Assembly: GCA_053919585.1 (NCBI GenBank)
Contig: CM132788.1
Length of the DNA: 57,207 nucleotides
Strand: one strand, 5' to 3'
Origin: Euprymna scolopes
Taxonomy: Eukaryota
Shown one piece after another: positions 13,544-26,580 of the stretch (position 1 is the stretch's first letter; every line of letters begins with the position of its first letter). A model generated the notes under the pieces. That model searched no databases and was not told the origin of the DNA. It saw only the letters and a program-made list of their open reading frames with translations. The position numbers and the translations under genes are program-made.

Positions 13544-14064
13544 CATTGGCCTCTTGCACCAAATTCTCCACTCATATACATGGTGGCATACTTGACCATG
13601 ATCATTCCAAGGCTGCATCTTTGTAGATGCCTACTCCTTTCACAGACCATTTTATTTACTTTGATCTTTATTTTTTCTGTAAACTGTACATATACAAGTT
13701 TTTGGAAATCACATTTTCTATACTTACATCTGCATTCAAGCCTTCGCAGGTATCACGATAAGTATCCACATTTATGTATATCAAACTACTTATTGCCCTT
13801 AAAAGTTCAACGAAGTGCATTGCCTAATTTACGCATCAACATACATTGTCTATATCATTGATCTAAAGAAAAATTCTAGTCCTTCAGATTTCTGTAAGTT
13901 ATTTCCAAAATTGGACATCTCTTTTTTTTTAAAAAAAAAAAAAAACTTGATGCTTTGGATTTTTATAAAACTTTTCTGAAAAAGTTTCAACTAAATGATT
14001 TTTATAATTTTAGTTGTAATTCATAATTCTTGGGTGTGCCCTAGGGGCTCTTTTAGGGCTAATA

Positions 14065-14065
<1 letters not shown>
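11270..14065 (+). mobile_element. Helentron/Helitron2-like remnant (PIF1 helicase, possible C-terminal endonuclease)
   Basis: PIF1 motifs EVSM, RLQ.IK...PF.GVSII..G.F.QL, ML.TNLDI.D.LVNGS.G, RKQYPL.LA, QG.T. Sub-terminal inverted repeat 11288-11300 / 14039-14051 and a GCCCTA-N10-TAGGGC hairpin followed by TAATAAT. Confidence 0.65.
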
Positions 14066-14110
<45 letters not shown>

Positions 14111-15289
14111 CCTCTTTTTTAGGACTTAGCATATTTGTCCCAAATTTTCTGTGCATATCTATTTAACAGTTTTGCATGGTGCAGAACTCAAATTTATATA
14201 TGTAAAGGCCTAAAACTGTATGCATGCGCCCCCCCCCCGTCAGTATATCCGACTTACCTATTTCCAAATGGTTGAGTCAAGCATTCCTTTCATTTATTCA
14301 ATTTAACCTATACATACACATATCCAGCCATGGAGTTATTACTCGATTGTGCTGGTAAACATCTGGCATATCAACCCTGATTTTGGAAACTCCCAAATGT
14401 CAAGCCATTACTTAGCATGATCATCTGAACTTTCTATGAGGCTTAGAATCTGTAAACAAAGAAATTTAAACAATTTCTTTGTTTACAAATTCTAAGAGCT
14501 CAATAAACTGAGGATTCCATTTGTTTTTATTTAATATAGACAGGGAACCAAATTGTCTTCACAAGCGAAAAAATGTTTCACTTAAAAACATTACATTAAC
14601 CAGGAGATTTACAACTACATATACATCTCCCTTATCAATCCATCTATAATAGAAAATGAATAAAGCATATACTTTAAAGTAATCAGTGCTATGCTTAGCA
14701 ACAGTGCGTTCATAAACACTGCAGAATATGCCTTGCGGCCCATTTACCCACAAAATACAACAAACCACAATAAACGATACTTATAAACAACACTATCAGA
14801 ATGCAGATAATCAGAGATAAACTTTGAAATGCAAGAGATCTAAAATTAGATTTTTGAAACCACATTACGAACATTGATTTATGTTGAAATATAAAAGTAT
14901 AATCTCCCATTTAATTCTAGTAATCACTTTATTTTCATTACACTAGATCTGTGAAGGCAAGGAGTCTTGTGGCCTCCTAAGGAATTGCAACCACAAGGGA
15001 ACTTGCATTCCATCCTGAAAGTAGTGTAGTGAAGAGTTGCAAGTCCATCTTCAACAACTGATGGCTTTCTTCAAATCCTGTACTTTTGCAGGTACACATG
15101 TCTATACCAACATTTTCCACTTATTAACTCCAATGCTTATTAGAGACCAAAAAAGTAAATTTTTCAAGAACACAATTACAGTACAAGATTGTCCCAGATA
15201 AGCTAAAGTTTTTGGAAGAGTGTCCCCTGTGCGTCCAAATCGATTTGAAAGTTTTGGATATGCAATCAGATATGCTTTCAACACAACAG

Positions 15290-17310
15290 CAGGGTTACTG
15301 TCCTTAAGAAAATTGACTTCATCCTGTCTGCTCATCCTTTGGCTACCATTCACATTTGCGGCGACTTCAATGTCCATAATGTGGAATGGCTGACCCACTC
15401 AAATAAAACCGATGACGAGGGGAGGTTTTGTCATGATTTTGCCATTGCCTATGACCTCACTCAGATTGTTCACGAACCCACCCGTGTGCCCGATACTACT
15501 GGTCAGTATGCAAACCTTCTAGACCTTTTTCTCACAACTTCCCCTGAGCTTTGTTCAGGTTCCGTTCTATCTCCTCTAGGATCCTCCGATCACAGTTGTA
15601 TCAGTTAAGATAAAAATGATATTCAATAAGTCTTCAGATGTACCTCTCCACCGTACTGTATATCGATACTCTATCGCTGACTGGGATAGCTTCCATACAT
15701 TCATATCTGATCTACCTCTGCATTCCATGTTTAAAAAGGATGTATCCTCTAGTATCAGACCTTACTGAATGGTTAATTGTAGGCATAGACAGATTCATAC
15801 CATCAAAAAAATTCCAACAAAATCCTAACAGCCAGCCATGGTTCTCCCTAGAATGTGCTGCTGCCATTGAGCACAGAAATCACATTCCATAGCTACTAAC
15901 GTAATAGATGTACTGAGACTAAAACTGCCTTCAGGACTGCCAGCAACCACTGTAAAAGAGTAATAAAAAATGCAAGAGAGCTATATGCTCAGTCCGTCAA
16001 ATCTAAAATAGCTGAGCAGCGGCTTGGTTCCCACCAATTTTGGCAAATAGCAAACAGGATCCTGAACAGAAGCGTGCGTTCCATCCCAACCATCATCAAT
16101 TGACCTGGGGTTATCTCAGCATCAGACAAGGCCAAACTATTCGCCAAGAACTTTGCAGCTAACTCTACCCTCTGCGACGAAGGACATCAACTCCCCGTAT
16201 TTCCTCCTACAACAGACAACATCTTATCCAACATACAAATATCTGTGCACGAGGTCGCCAAATTAATCAAGAAACTTGATCCCAGTAAAGCAACTGGCCT
16301 AGACGGCATTCTAATTATAGTGTTGAAAAAGCTTCAACCAGAACTTGCTCCCATACTTACAAAATTGTTTAAGCGTTGCCTTAAGGAAAACCTTGTCAGT
16401 ATGCCCTGTATTTGAGAACTCAGGTGATAAATCATCCCCCTCTCAGTACAAACCAATAAGTCTTTTGGGTCATGAGTAAGTTACTGGAATCCATATTAAA
16501 TAAAGTAGTCAACCACCTCAGCAGAAATAACCTCCTTAGTAACATGCAATATGGTTTCCGTTCATCTAGATCTACAGTTGATGTGCTAACAGTTATATCC
16601 CATAGGATTAGTGAATCTCGACAAAGGCTTCCTTTCTAGGGCAATTGCTCTTGACATATCAAAGGCCTTCGATAAGGTTTGTCATAAGGGCCTACTTCAT
16701 AAGATTTCCAGCTACGGTATAACTGGAAATGTTTTCTCAATAATTAAATCATTTCTCTCTGATAGGTTCATAAGAGTAGTGGTTGATGGCTAGTAATCAG
16801 AGGCCTAGAGTATTAATGCTGGAGTCCCTCAGGGGGTCCATCCTGGGCCCAACTCTCTTCCTGATCTACATCAATGATCTCCCAAAACACATGATTCATT
16901 CGTTGACATCTATGCTGATGACACGACCATCTATGGCAACACATCAAAGGCCGTAAAGGACAAAGCTCTGATTCCCTCTCTGATCTTGAGCGAGTCGTTC
17001 AGTGGGGAAGAGATGGCTGGTTACTTTTAATGCATCTAAACCCAAGCTCCTAACTTTACATCAATGCTCTGTACCTCATCTAGTATCAATTGAAATGGAT
17101 GGCTCTCGTCTTGAGGAGGCTTCATGTTTTGACAAGCTCCTGGGTTTGACCTTTACTCCTGATTTGAAATGAACATGTATATAAAGTCTGTTGCTCAGGC
17201 CACTGGGAAAATGGTAGGATTCTTTTACCGCTCCAGAAGACATCTCACTACTGAAGCAATTCTCTCTCTAAAAGCCAAGTATGTCAAAATATGAAGTACT
17301 GCTGCCACTG
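15290..17310 (+). mobile_element. CR1-clade LINE ORF2 remnant (AP endonuclease and RT)
   Basis: GDFNVH..W, LDLFLT, PLGSSDH, PWF, QYGFR..RST, ALDISKAFDKV.H, AGVPQG, LFLIYINDL, YADDTT. Confidence 0.9.
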
Positions 17311-17849
17311 AAGCTTTGAAAAAAAAAAAAAAAAAAAAAAAGGCAGACTAACCTTAACTTCCCAGAATACTCATTAGATCATAGAATTGAACTTAAGACT
17401 TTAGTTTCCAGTTAGGAACTTCCTGGTGGTTGGTCTCCTAGGCCACTACAATGTTTAGACATAGCACAAAGTAAAACAATGAATATTGTCTAAGAAAATT
17501 TCCCCACATCAATTGTATCTATAAAAGAGGTATAGATTTTTGCTTTCATTTTAATTCAGTTGAAGTTCTCCAAAATCAAGGGGTCCCTTCCTAGGGACTA
17601 ACTAATTTCTATATGAGATGCATAGATATTGGAATATTCTATTAAGCCTCCTTTATCTCTCAACTGTTGGGTTGAGAAAATTAAAATTTTCCATTCTCCA
17701 ATTGACCAATTCATTTTGTGGTCTCTTTGTATTACTGAATTCCAGGACAATTCATCTCGTCTGGTGGAGTATCCAACTTAGTGATGTTACTAAGGCAACA
17801 TCACTTTAAGGTGCACCTTTCCTAAAAAAAAAAAAAAAAAAAAATTTTT

Positions 17850-18750
17850 AAAAAGAGTGGGTTAGCCATATCAAGACCTTATTTGAGCTGTGAATACTGT
17901 GATTTTGAATATTTAGTTAAGGTTTACTTGTAGGGAAAAGTAAATCCATGACAGATCGTCCTGACAAACCCATGTACTGAAAGATCTTAGATACTCGAGA
18001 AAGTGGCCAGCAGGCATTCAGCTTGTGCAGTATGTTTTGTTAGGGAATGAAGGACCTGCAATTGTTAGATGCTTAATCAGAGGAAGGAAAGTAACGCTGG
18101 GATCAACCTTTGTGGTTAAAAGTAGCTTTGCTCACTGGGCTCCAGATTAAACTCATGAAAAGACCGTCTGAATTTTATCTTTTGGTCAACCTCTGTTGCT
18201 GAAGTAGTGACCAACAAAAGGCCAGAAGCAGTCAAGGGTGAAAAGATTTCAAGGGATGGAAAGGGCAGTCAGAACCAGGCTTGGCAGAGCAGAGAGAGTG
18301 GGAGAAATGTTTGAAACAGGCAGTTGGTTATCAGGAGAGTTATCAAGCAGTTAAGCCAAGGTGCCTCTCAGGGCTGGATGGCTTCCTTTGGGGGAGAGGG
18401 TCTCACTAAGCGACTGCTTAAAATGTTTTTCAGTTTTGGTCAGGCAAACACACCATTCTGCAAACCTGCCATTCAACCTAGTGCCACTTATCCAAAACAA
18501 GCTTCCCCTCACCCACTTAAATAACTTTTTGCATCTTAGCATGCTTTTAAAACATGCTGTGTTTATTCTATATTAAACGTTTATAGACTGAACTTTTGTA
18601 TTGCTTGAGATGCAGCTTTGCTGAAACAGACTGGATGGATCAACAAACTTTGGCCAGACACCTGTAGATCACAACCAGATGAGTGTCCAGACTATCTTCA
18701 AAGAGGGTTCTGCCGGGCAATAGCTAACACTGATCGCTAGGTCATTTTTT
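17850..18750 (-). mobile_element. Highly degenerate LINE fragment, probably CR1-like
   Basis: GC-richer block whose reverse strand weakly resembles the FIP.K...PW region of CR1 ORF2. Confidence 0.3.
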
Positions 18751-19553
18751 TTTTTTTTTTTTTTTTTTTATTATTGAGCATGTTTTATTTCCTGTTGATA
18801 ATTTTAAATGTTGGATTTTTAAAAAAAATTGTTTTCAATTGGAAAAGTAAAATTAAACTATTCAGCCTCAATAAAATGATCTGTTGATGGGACAAGACAC
18901 TAAAATTGATCTAGTCACGAATGGCTATTCCAACAATGAAAATAGAAAAAATATTTTGTTTTAAAATGGAGACAAAACCACACAGCATTATCTGGTGAAC
19001 AGATAGTAAAGGGAGACTATTTAGGAGAATTCTCAAAATGTCAATCACCAATATTTAAAACAATTTTTAATAAAGTTTTTTTTTTTTCATTTTCATGCAG
19101 CATCATAATTTGCTTCCCCCTATCAGGAAATCAAGGTCAGTATACTTAATGTAAGGAACAAAAAGCTTTCTGGACAGACAAATTTAGAAGTCCTTCAGGA
19201 CTTGAGCAATTTGAGGATAGAACAGATACCACATTTAAATTCTATCCCATTAGATATTATGACGTTAATATTAATTGTAAGAATATTAAAAATGCTGATC
19301 ACTTAATTTGCTACATCTTATTTAAAATAAAATTAAAGACTTGGTACTAAAACTAGCTTAAAAACAATTAAAAATGTCCAATACATTTACAAATATTTTA
19401 TTGCAAAACCAAAGTAAAAATACACCCGGACAATACTGAATTGGGACAGCTAGTCTAAAAGACCCGGTTTATTTCTCAAAGTATCATTGATTACTACAAA
19501 ATACATAGATCTGTGTTGAACAATAAGTCTGATTACCTTTTAACAGTTCTTAC

Positions 19554-19713
19554 GATTTTTATTCCAATCCATTTTAATGATTTCAATACCAATCGATTTT
19601 GATTTTGGAAGAGACAGTATTTGTCTGCAGAGAAACTTATCACTAAAAAGATTAAAATAAATTCATTAATATTTACTTGCATCTTGATGCTTTGTACATT
19701 AAGATTTAAGAAC
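19554..19713 (-). CDS. Candidate exon 2 of an unidentified gene (FLNLNVQSIKMQVNINEFILIFLVISFSADKYCLFQNQNRLVLKSLKWIGIKI)
   Basis: Acceptor ctattttcag|, then 53 open codons in very AT-rich DNA. Donor C|GTAAGA (phase 0) or AAG|GTAATC with the exon ending at 19537. Confidence 0.4.
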
Positions 19714-19819
19714 CTGAAAATAGATGGTTAAATAATAGAAACTAAAAATTCTGGATAATTACAACTTTGATATAAAAAATACTGAAGTACACAACTGTCA
19801 TTCGAGTTATTCAGACAAT

Positions 19820-20190
19820 CGACAATGACAGCTAAAACTTACCAAAATTTTGCAGTTCAAATAAGTTTCTGCACAAGACATCAAGAATTCACAAGATGTT
19901 TTGCTCAAAGAAAAGGAGCTAGTTTATTGCAATGACATTAGAATTTCTGACATTTAAGGATATCAGAACACAAATTAGCAAACTGGCAAATTTGACAGTA
20001 AAAGGTCTATGAAGAGCTAGTAGCAAGCATTTTAGTGGCCTTTAGGAATCTTGGCTGCAATAGGAGTATAAAAAATTTGCACACATGGATTGCTTTCCCA
20101 AAAATCTTGCTTATCAAGAGCCAAAAGTTGCAAGAAATCAAAATATGCTACCAGGGCAGGTGGGATGTAGTGATGGCAGACTGATTAACA
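19820..20190 (+). mobile_element. Chapaev3-like (CMC superfamily) transposase fragment, deleted
   Basis: LVYCNDI, LGC..S.K, H.DCFP.NL, YQGRWDV.MAD match the recalled Chapaev3 C-terminal motifs. Confidence 0.55.
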
Positions 20191-23100
20191 AAAAGAAACT
20201 TTCGGATAATTTTTAATACTAACAGCGTTATTCATAAGCAGTATAACCAGATTAAACTTATTTTATCAAAATAAAATATGCAATAGATTTTATCTCTAAC
20301 TGGACAATACCAGCAGTGTTATAGTTTTTATCAAAATCTATTACATAAGGCACGTTTATTTGTATAAGATTTACCTCTAAACTAATTAATCGTTATCAAT
20401 TTCAGAACACAGCCATTAGGCATAAGGGTGTGTAATATGATTGTAATTGTCAGATATTGATTCAGTAATACAGAGTTCGCTGGATGTTTATGGTGGTTAT
20501 TGATATTTATAAAAAAATATATATCAGAAAGAATGTAAAAGCAAAATCAATTTTTACAGATAACATTTTTGGGAACTATTTGGAAAATTTTAACTTTGCA
20601 AAAAAAAAAAAAAAAAAAAATCGGATGGTCCACCTTTACTTATTTGTGCCTTGATTTCATGGAGTAAATGAGATGGCTCAGTAATACACGTAATCAGAGT
20701 TTAGAAAGACTGGAAAAGTTGAACAAGTTAAAAGATCTTCACATTTTTAAAGCTGGGAGAAATGCAACTTTAAGTGTAGAAAATTACGTCTTGCAGCATA
20801 GATGGGAAGTCAATATTACAAATACATAACCTATTGTTTCATTTCCTTTGGAGGAGATGAACTTGAATAATGAAGAGACGAAGACAATGATGCATGTTTT
20901 ACCCGTGCGCTACAGACTGAATGTTAATGAACCGTTTGATTATGTGATACACATACAATAGAATATTTTAACCTCTAGATCGCAATGTTAAAGAGAATCC
21001 GTTAAATAGACAGCACAAGGAGTGGAAGCCCTACATGAAAAGCTTTAAATTTAATATTTTCTAAAACAAAATCTTAGAATTTTTACCAAAATTGGAATAA
21101 GGATTCCAGATTAGATTTAGTAGCATTTTTAATTCCAACACTAATGCTTCAAAGCAATGAAAGAACTTCTGGTGTCACAGGAGTTATAGCCCTTTGGACA
21201 TCCTAGTTTTATGTATCTCAGAAAATCTACAAACAGAAACGAGTGTTCGCTTTTCCATCTTTTAATCAAGACCCGTTCTGCTGTCTCACCATGGTAGTAA
21301 TAGATATTTAAAATAACTATACCAAATACGACACTTGTTTGGGAATTTTTATTCATTTTATCAAACGGTTTTATATAGTTCTAAAAATTGTATTTTATAC
21401 AATTATTCAGACTTCTGAAGTACAGGTCATTTAAGATTTGTTGCCTATTCTAACATCTCCCTCCAATTGATTGCCCCCCCCCCCACACACACACACACAC
21501 ACTTAAGGAGAAAGATATATTTTCAGATAGTCCTAACTTTAGTGTCTAAGATAAGAGAACATATGCAAGGTAGGCCCACTGGAAATAGAAATTATAGTGC
21601 CAAAGAAAACCTGAAACCTTTGCTCTAAGTTCTTGGTGCTTTTGTAGAAGAGTAAATCAACTTCCTTCAGGCTGCTAATTACCATATTTGTCCACCTCAA
21701 GCAAATACTAGATAAAGCCAAGACCATAGGATACCATTTAATGGTCAGGAAGGACGTTGCATCCTAGTTAAAATACTGCAAGGAAATGGATAGAAATAGA
21801 ATCAAGGATGTTACTAGGCCTACCCTCTGAGAAAGTCCCGTGCTGATATCCCAAAAGAATGGGTGATGTACAGAGATGCATTTACATGAGAAAAGCAAAT
21901 TAAACCATTTAAAGCATTAAATATTCCATGCTAACCAAGAACATTTCGATTGCAGATTTAAACTATTCAGCGTTTAATAAACTGGATCTGTCAAGTGTGT
22001 ACTATTAGTGAAAAGCTAATGCATCATTTTGCTTTAAGTGGTTTCATGGTTAAATGCTTAATTTGCACATATCAAATTAATTTTCTAAATTTGATGTCAA
22101 AGCTGATTGATTTACACATCCGGAGAGTGAATTTCAACAACTAACAGTTCAATCTTATGATAGTTACTGCTTTCAGAGATTACCATTTGGATGGGCCATT
22201 ACAAGATGGTTTTTAAAAGATGGACCAGAAACTTTAACAAGTTTATGGCACAGTAAGAATCACCAACAACATTGTCCATGCCAAATCAGAAGAACACATG
22301 ATTGAATATGAAGTACACAATTCGCTATTACAATTAAAATGTCATAATTTTGAGAAAATAGATTTGATAAAGATAAACTGAAGTTTCACTAATAAACCCT
22401 GAAAACGTTTTAAAAAGGAAAAATAACTAAACTCATTTTTGTCTTAAAATTCAAATTAGAAAAATAATTTGGACCTCAAAAAAGCAAAATGTAATTTCCA
22501 ACTTCTACACAACAAAAATATAAATCAGTTGTAAAACATCACTCCTTTCAAAAAGGATTTTTTGGTTGACCTTGACCGTGTTAGAATCAATATAACCAGA
22601 TAAAATTGTAAGTTTAATCACAATAGAATGTGATAGCTTTAGAGGGACTATTACAAGATATTTCTTAAAAGATGGACCAGAAAAAGAATAACGTTGTCCA
22701 TGCCAAACCATAAGAAAAATTCTACATGGGACCATGCAAATAGCCGAGAATGGTCTTCAGTTTAATTCAACAAAAATGAAAAAATAAAGTCAAAAAGTAT
22801 ATCTTTCAGTGAAAATGGCATCAGAAAGTATCAAAGACTTGCTAAACATTTACCAAACACGGGAGTTAAAAGAATTCTTATGTATTATCACATACTATCT
22901 TTCACTTCTAAGACATGAGGACTAAGATATACTTTTCTGTGGGAACATCACAGGGAATGTTTTGTAAAACTAGAAACATTCATCAGCAAAGCCTTCATGT
23001 TAACATTTTAGCACAGCTGAAATCGTGATGCAAGTTTGAAAGAACCGAGCAGCACCAATACAAAACCGAACCCCTCCCCATCACATGCATCAAAATCTAA

Positions 23101-24021
23101 GACACTGAAAAGCATGATGTATGCATAGAAAGAACTTCTAGCACAACTGAAAAGTTACAGCTACATAACACCCCATATATATATATATATATATCACAAT
23201 CATTGACACCAGATCACTGAAGTAAAACATTGAGCCTTACAAGTATCAGATGGGTATCCACTTGGGAAGACTAGGCACTGTATGTACCACGCCATGGAAA
23301 TTTCCAGTTGGTATCTGGAGGCACACTAATTCACTGGGAGGTGCACCCCCAGTCTTCAGTAAGACATGTATCTAGAAGGAAACTGATGTAAAAACCTGCG
23401 GTCTACTGTATACTCTGTCCTATGGTAGTCATCTGCACTGACAAAGGTTAGCAGTAATACAAAAAATTGGTTCTACACAAAGCCTTCACCATTATAAACA
23501 ATGGAGTGTGGATTTCCGAGCAACTTGTGACAGAAGCTCATACATCGAAATCAAATGGAAGAGTCCATCATATAGATGGACATGGTTTAAAGTACTAACC
23601 AACCATAAGCCACTAGTTATGATCGTACAAAAGCCATTGACGAATGCATCCCCTAAATTACAAATGACAAGATGCAAACAGTATATACTAGGACAGGAAA
23701 TGATTAGCTGATGCTCTAAGAAGCCACTCGAGCACTGAAAACGGTGGTGACAATAATTAATGATACAGACAAACAACCTGTGTGTCAAGTTTGAATCCAG
23801 GTTGTTTTTCAAACATTTACAGTTAGCCTTGATATTTCAACTACAAGGAAACATAACAGGATGAGGCTTAAGGAACTACCACAGGCAATATGGCCATATT
23901 GACTAAAGGGACGAATTGTATCAATGATTATGAAGGGAACAAGAATTATTCCAGAGATCCAACAAAAGTTCTTTTGACCAGCCATCAAGATGTTAAACCT
24001 TCAAACCAGAAATGTATACTA

Positions 24022-26426
24022 TACCTTTTCCAGTTCAAAATGGGATACTCCTGTTCAAAATAAATTTAAAATAAAAATTTCAATTTATAAATATCTTTGG
24101 TGCTACAAGATATTGATTTAAATTTTTTAGCCTAATGGTTAGGTCAACTGAAAGTCACGATAACAGAAGTACGAAAGCACACATCTTGGAGGTATACAAG
24201 ATGGAAATTGTAAAGCCATAGTGGAAAATCTATTCCAAAAACCACTGTCACTGGATTAGTAAGAGAAATCAACCTGATACAAGAGGGCCTAGAAATTGTA
24301 AGGTTAGACTGGTTCATACGGATTTTATTCGAGCACTAGTGGAGGAAAAATCCTAGGATCACATTAAATTGAAGCCCAGTTTGGGTTTAAATTGTCCAAA
24401 TCTACAGCAGCGAAGCATCTAGATATGATGACATGCTTAAAGCTGTAAGATTTGTGCCAGAGAGCAAATTCAATTGAGAATAAAAATAAACGTTTATTTT
24501 GTTCAAAATTATTGAATTACCAATTAACTGGGAACCCCATTTTATTTATGGATGAAACAAACTTTAATGTTCATATTTCCAGGAGAGATGAGCATTCTCT
24601 AAAGGGTAGGCAGTGTAACTTAGTTTCAGCCAGTACTCAGGGTGCCAATATTCACGTTATTGGATGTATCGGTCCTCATGGCCTCGTGTACCATGAAATT
24701 CAAAGAGGATCTTTTCAAAAAGAAAGTGCACAGTCTTGAATGCGAGAATGTTTGAGAGCTGCAAAGAGACAATATTAGGGTTCAGTTGTGATGGTTGTTG
24801 ACAGTGCCCCATGTCACTCAAACATGAAGTTTTTAGTGAAGAATTTCTAGGATGTGAAGTGCTTAGGTCGAGACCATACAGTCCAATGTTTAATCCTATT
24901 AAACAAGTGTGGTCTTTAATCAAAGCCTACGTCAAGCAGGAATTGGCTTCTAAATTGTGAGTATACTTGCAATGGAGAGAAGAGATGGTTTGTCAATTAC
25001 TGAACAAAGGGCAAGAGCTTTGACTTCATTGAAGAATTGGGAAGGGTTACACCAGAAGTTTGCAATCGTTTCATAGATGGGGGAAAAAAAAAAAAAATTC
25101 CTGCAGCTGTTGTATTAGAAGAGGTGTTCTAATAAATGACTTGAAAGTTTTTATTTTATAAAATGTAAATTTTATTGCTAAAATTTAAAATATTTTTCAT
25201 ATTTATACTAATATTCCCATTTTGAAATGAAACTATTCCCATTTTGAAATGAAACTATTCCCATTTTGAAATGAAACTATTCCCATTTTGAAATGAAACT
25301 ATTCCCATTTTGAAATGAAACTATTCCCATTTTGAAATGAAACTATTCCCATTTTGAAATGAAACTATTCCCATTTTGAAATGAAACTATTCCCATTTTG
25401 AAATGAAACTATTCCCATTTTGAAATGAAACTATTCCCATTTTGAAATGAAACTATTCCCATTTTGAAATGAAACTATTCCCATTTTGAAATGAAACTAT
25501 TCCCATTTTGAAATGAAACTATTCCCATTTTGAAATGAAACTATTCCCATTTTGAAATGAAACTATTCCCATTTTGAAATGAAACTATTCCCATTTTGAA
25601 ATGAAACTATTCCCATTTTGAAATGAAACTATTCCCATTTTGAAATGAAACTATTCCCATTTTGAAATGAAACTATTCCCATTTTGAAATGAAACTATTC
25701 CCATTTTGAAATGAAACTATTCCCATTTTGAAATGAAACTATTCCCATTTTGAAATGAAACTATTCCCATTTTGAAATGAAACTATTCCCATTTTGAAAT
25801 GAAACTATTCCCATTTTGAAATGAAACTATTCCCATTTTGAAATGAAACTATTCCCATTTTGAAATGAAACTATTCCCATTTTGAAATGAAACTATTCCC
25901 ATTTTGAAATGAAACTATTCCCATTTTGAAATGAAACTATTCCCATTTTGAAATGAAACTATTCCCATTTTGAAATGAAACTATTCCCATTTTGAAATGA
26001 AACTATTCCCATTTTGAAATGAAACTATTCCCATTTTGAAATGAAACTATTCCCATTTTGAAATGAAACTATTCCCATTTTGAAATGGAACTATTCCCAT
26101 TTTGAAATGGAACTATTCCCATTTTGAAATGGAACTATTCCCATTTTGAAATGGAACTATTCCCATTTTGAAATGGAACTATTCCCATTTTGAAATGGAA
26201 CTATTCCCATTTTGAAATGGAACTATTCCCATTTTGAAATGGAACTATTCCCATTTTGAAATGGAACTATTCCCATTTTGAAATGGAACTATTCCCATTT
26301 TGAAATGGAACTATTCCCATTTTGAAATGGAACTATTCCCATTTTGAAATGGAACTATTCCCATTTTGAAATGGAACTATTCCCATTTTGAAATGGAACT
26401 ATTCCCATTTTGAAATGGAACAGGTA
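24022..26426 (+). mobile_element. IS630/Tc1-like DDE transposon, decayed
   Basis: TIR TACCT(T/G)TTCCA(G/T)TTCAAAATGGGA with a TA TSD in a CTAG context. Motifs FMDETNFN, HVIGCIG, VVDSAPCHS, PYSPMFNPI..VWS (about 24136-25130). Confidence 0.85.
25212..26421. repeat. Tandem array of 55 x 22 bp TATTCCCATTTTGAAATG(A/G)AAC
   Basis: 1210 bp = 55 units exactly. 39 A-variant units (25212-26069), then 16 G-variant units (26070-26421). No spacers. Confidence 0.97.
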
Positions 26427-26580
26427 TAGAAGTGAAATAATGCCGATATTGAAAATATCAGCAAGAAATGTCTAATATGACAACCTTCCAGCACAAAACA
26501 TTAGCCATTTAATATCCACAACAGAACATGGTAAATTGTCAGACTTATTTAACAGCAATGACCATGAATACCTGATAATT

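Noticed and set aside
19843-19868. 26-nt minus-strand micro-exon with GTAAGT donor
   Set aside because: It lies within the plus-strand Chapaev3-like transposase remnant.
25212-26421. CRISPR array (short, partly palindromic repeat)
   Set aside because: Units are head-to-tail with no spacers, there are no cas genes, and the unit is the transposon TIR motif.
24022-26426. Fanzor/TnpB cargo in the IS630/Tc1-like element or the Helentron
   Set aside because: No RuvC or zinc-finger TnpB-like motifs are visible, and there is no spare coding space.
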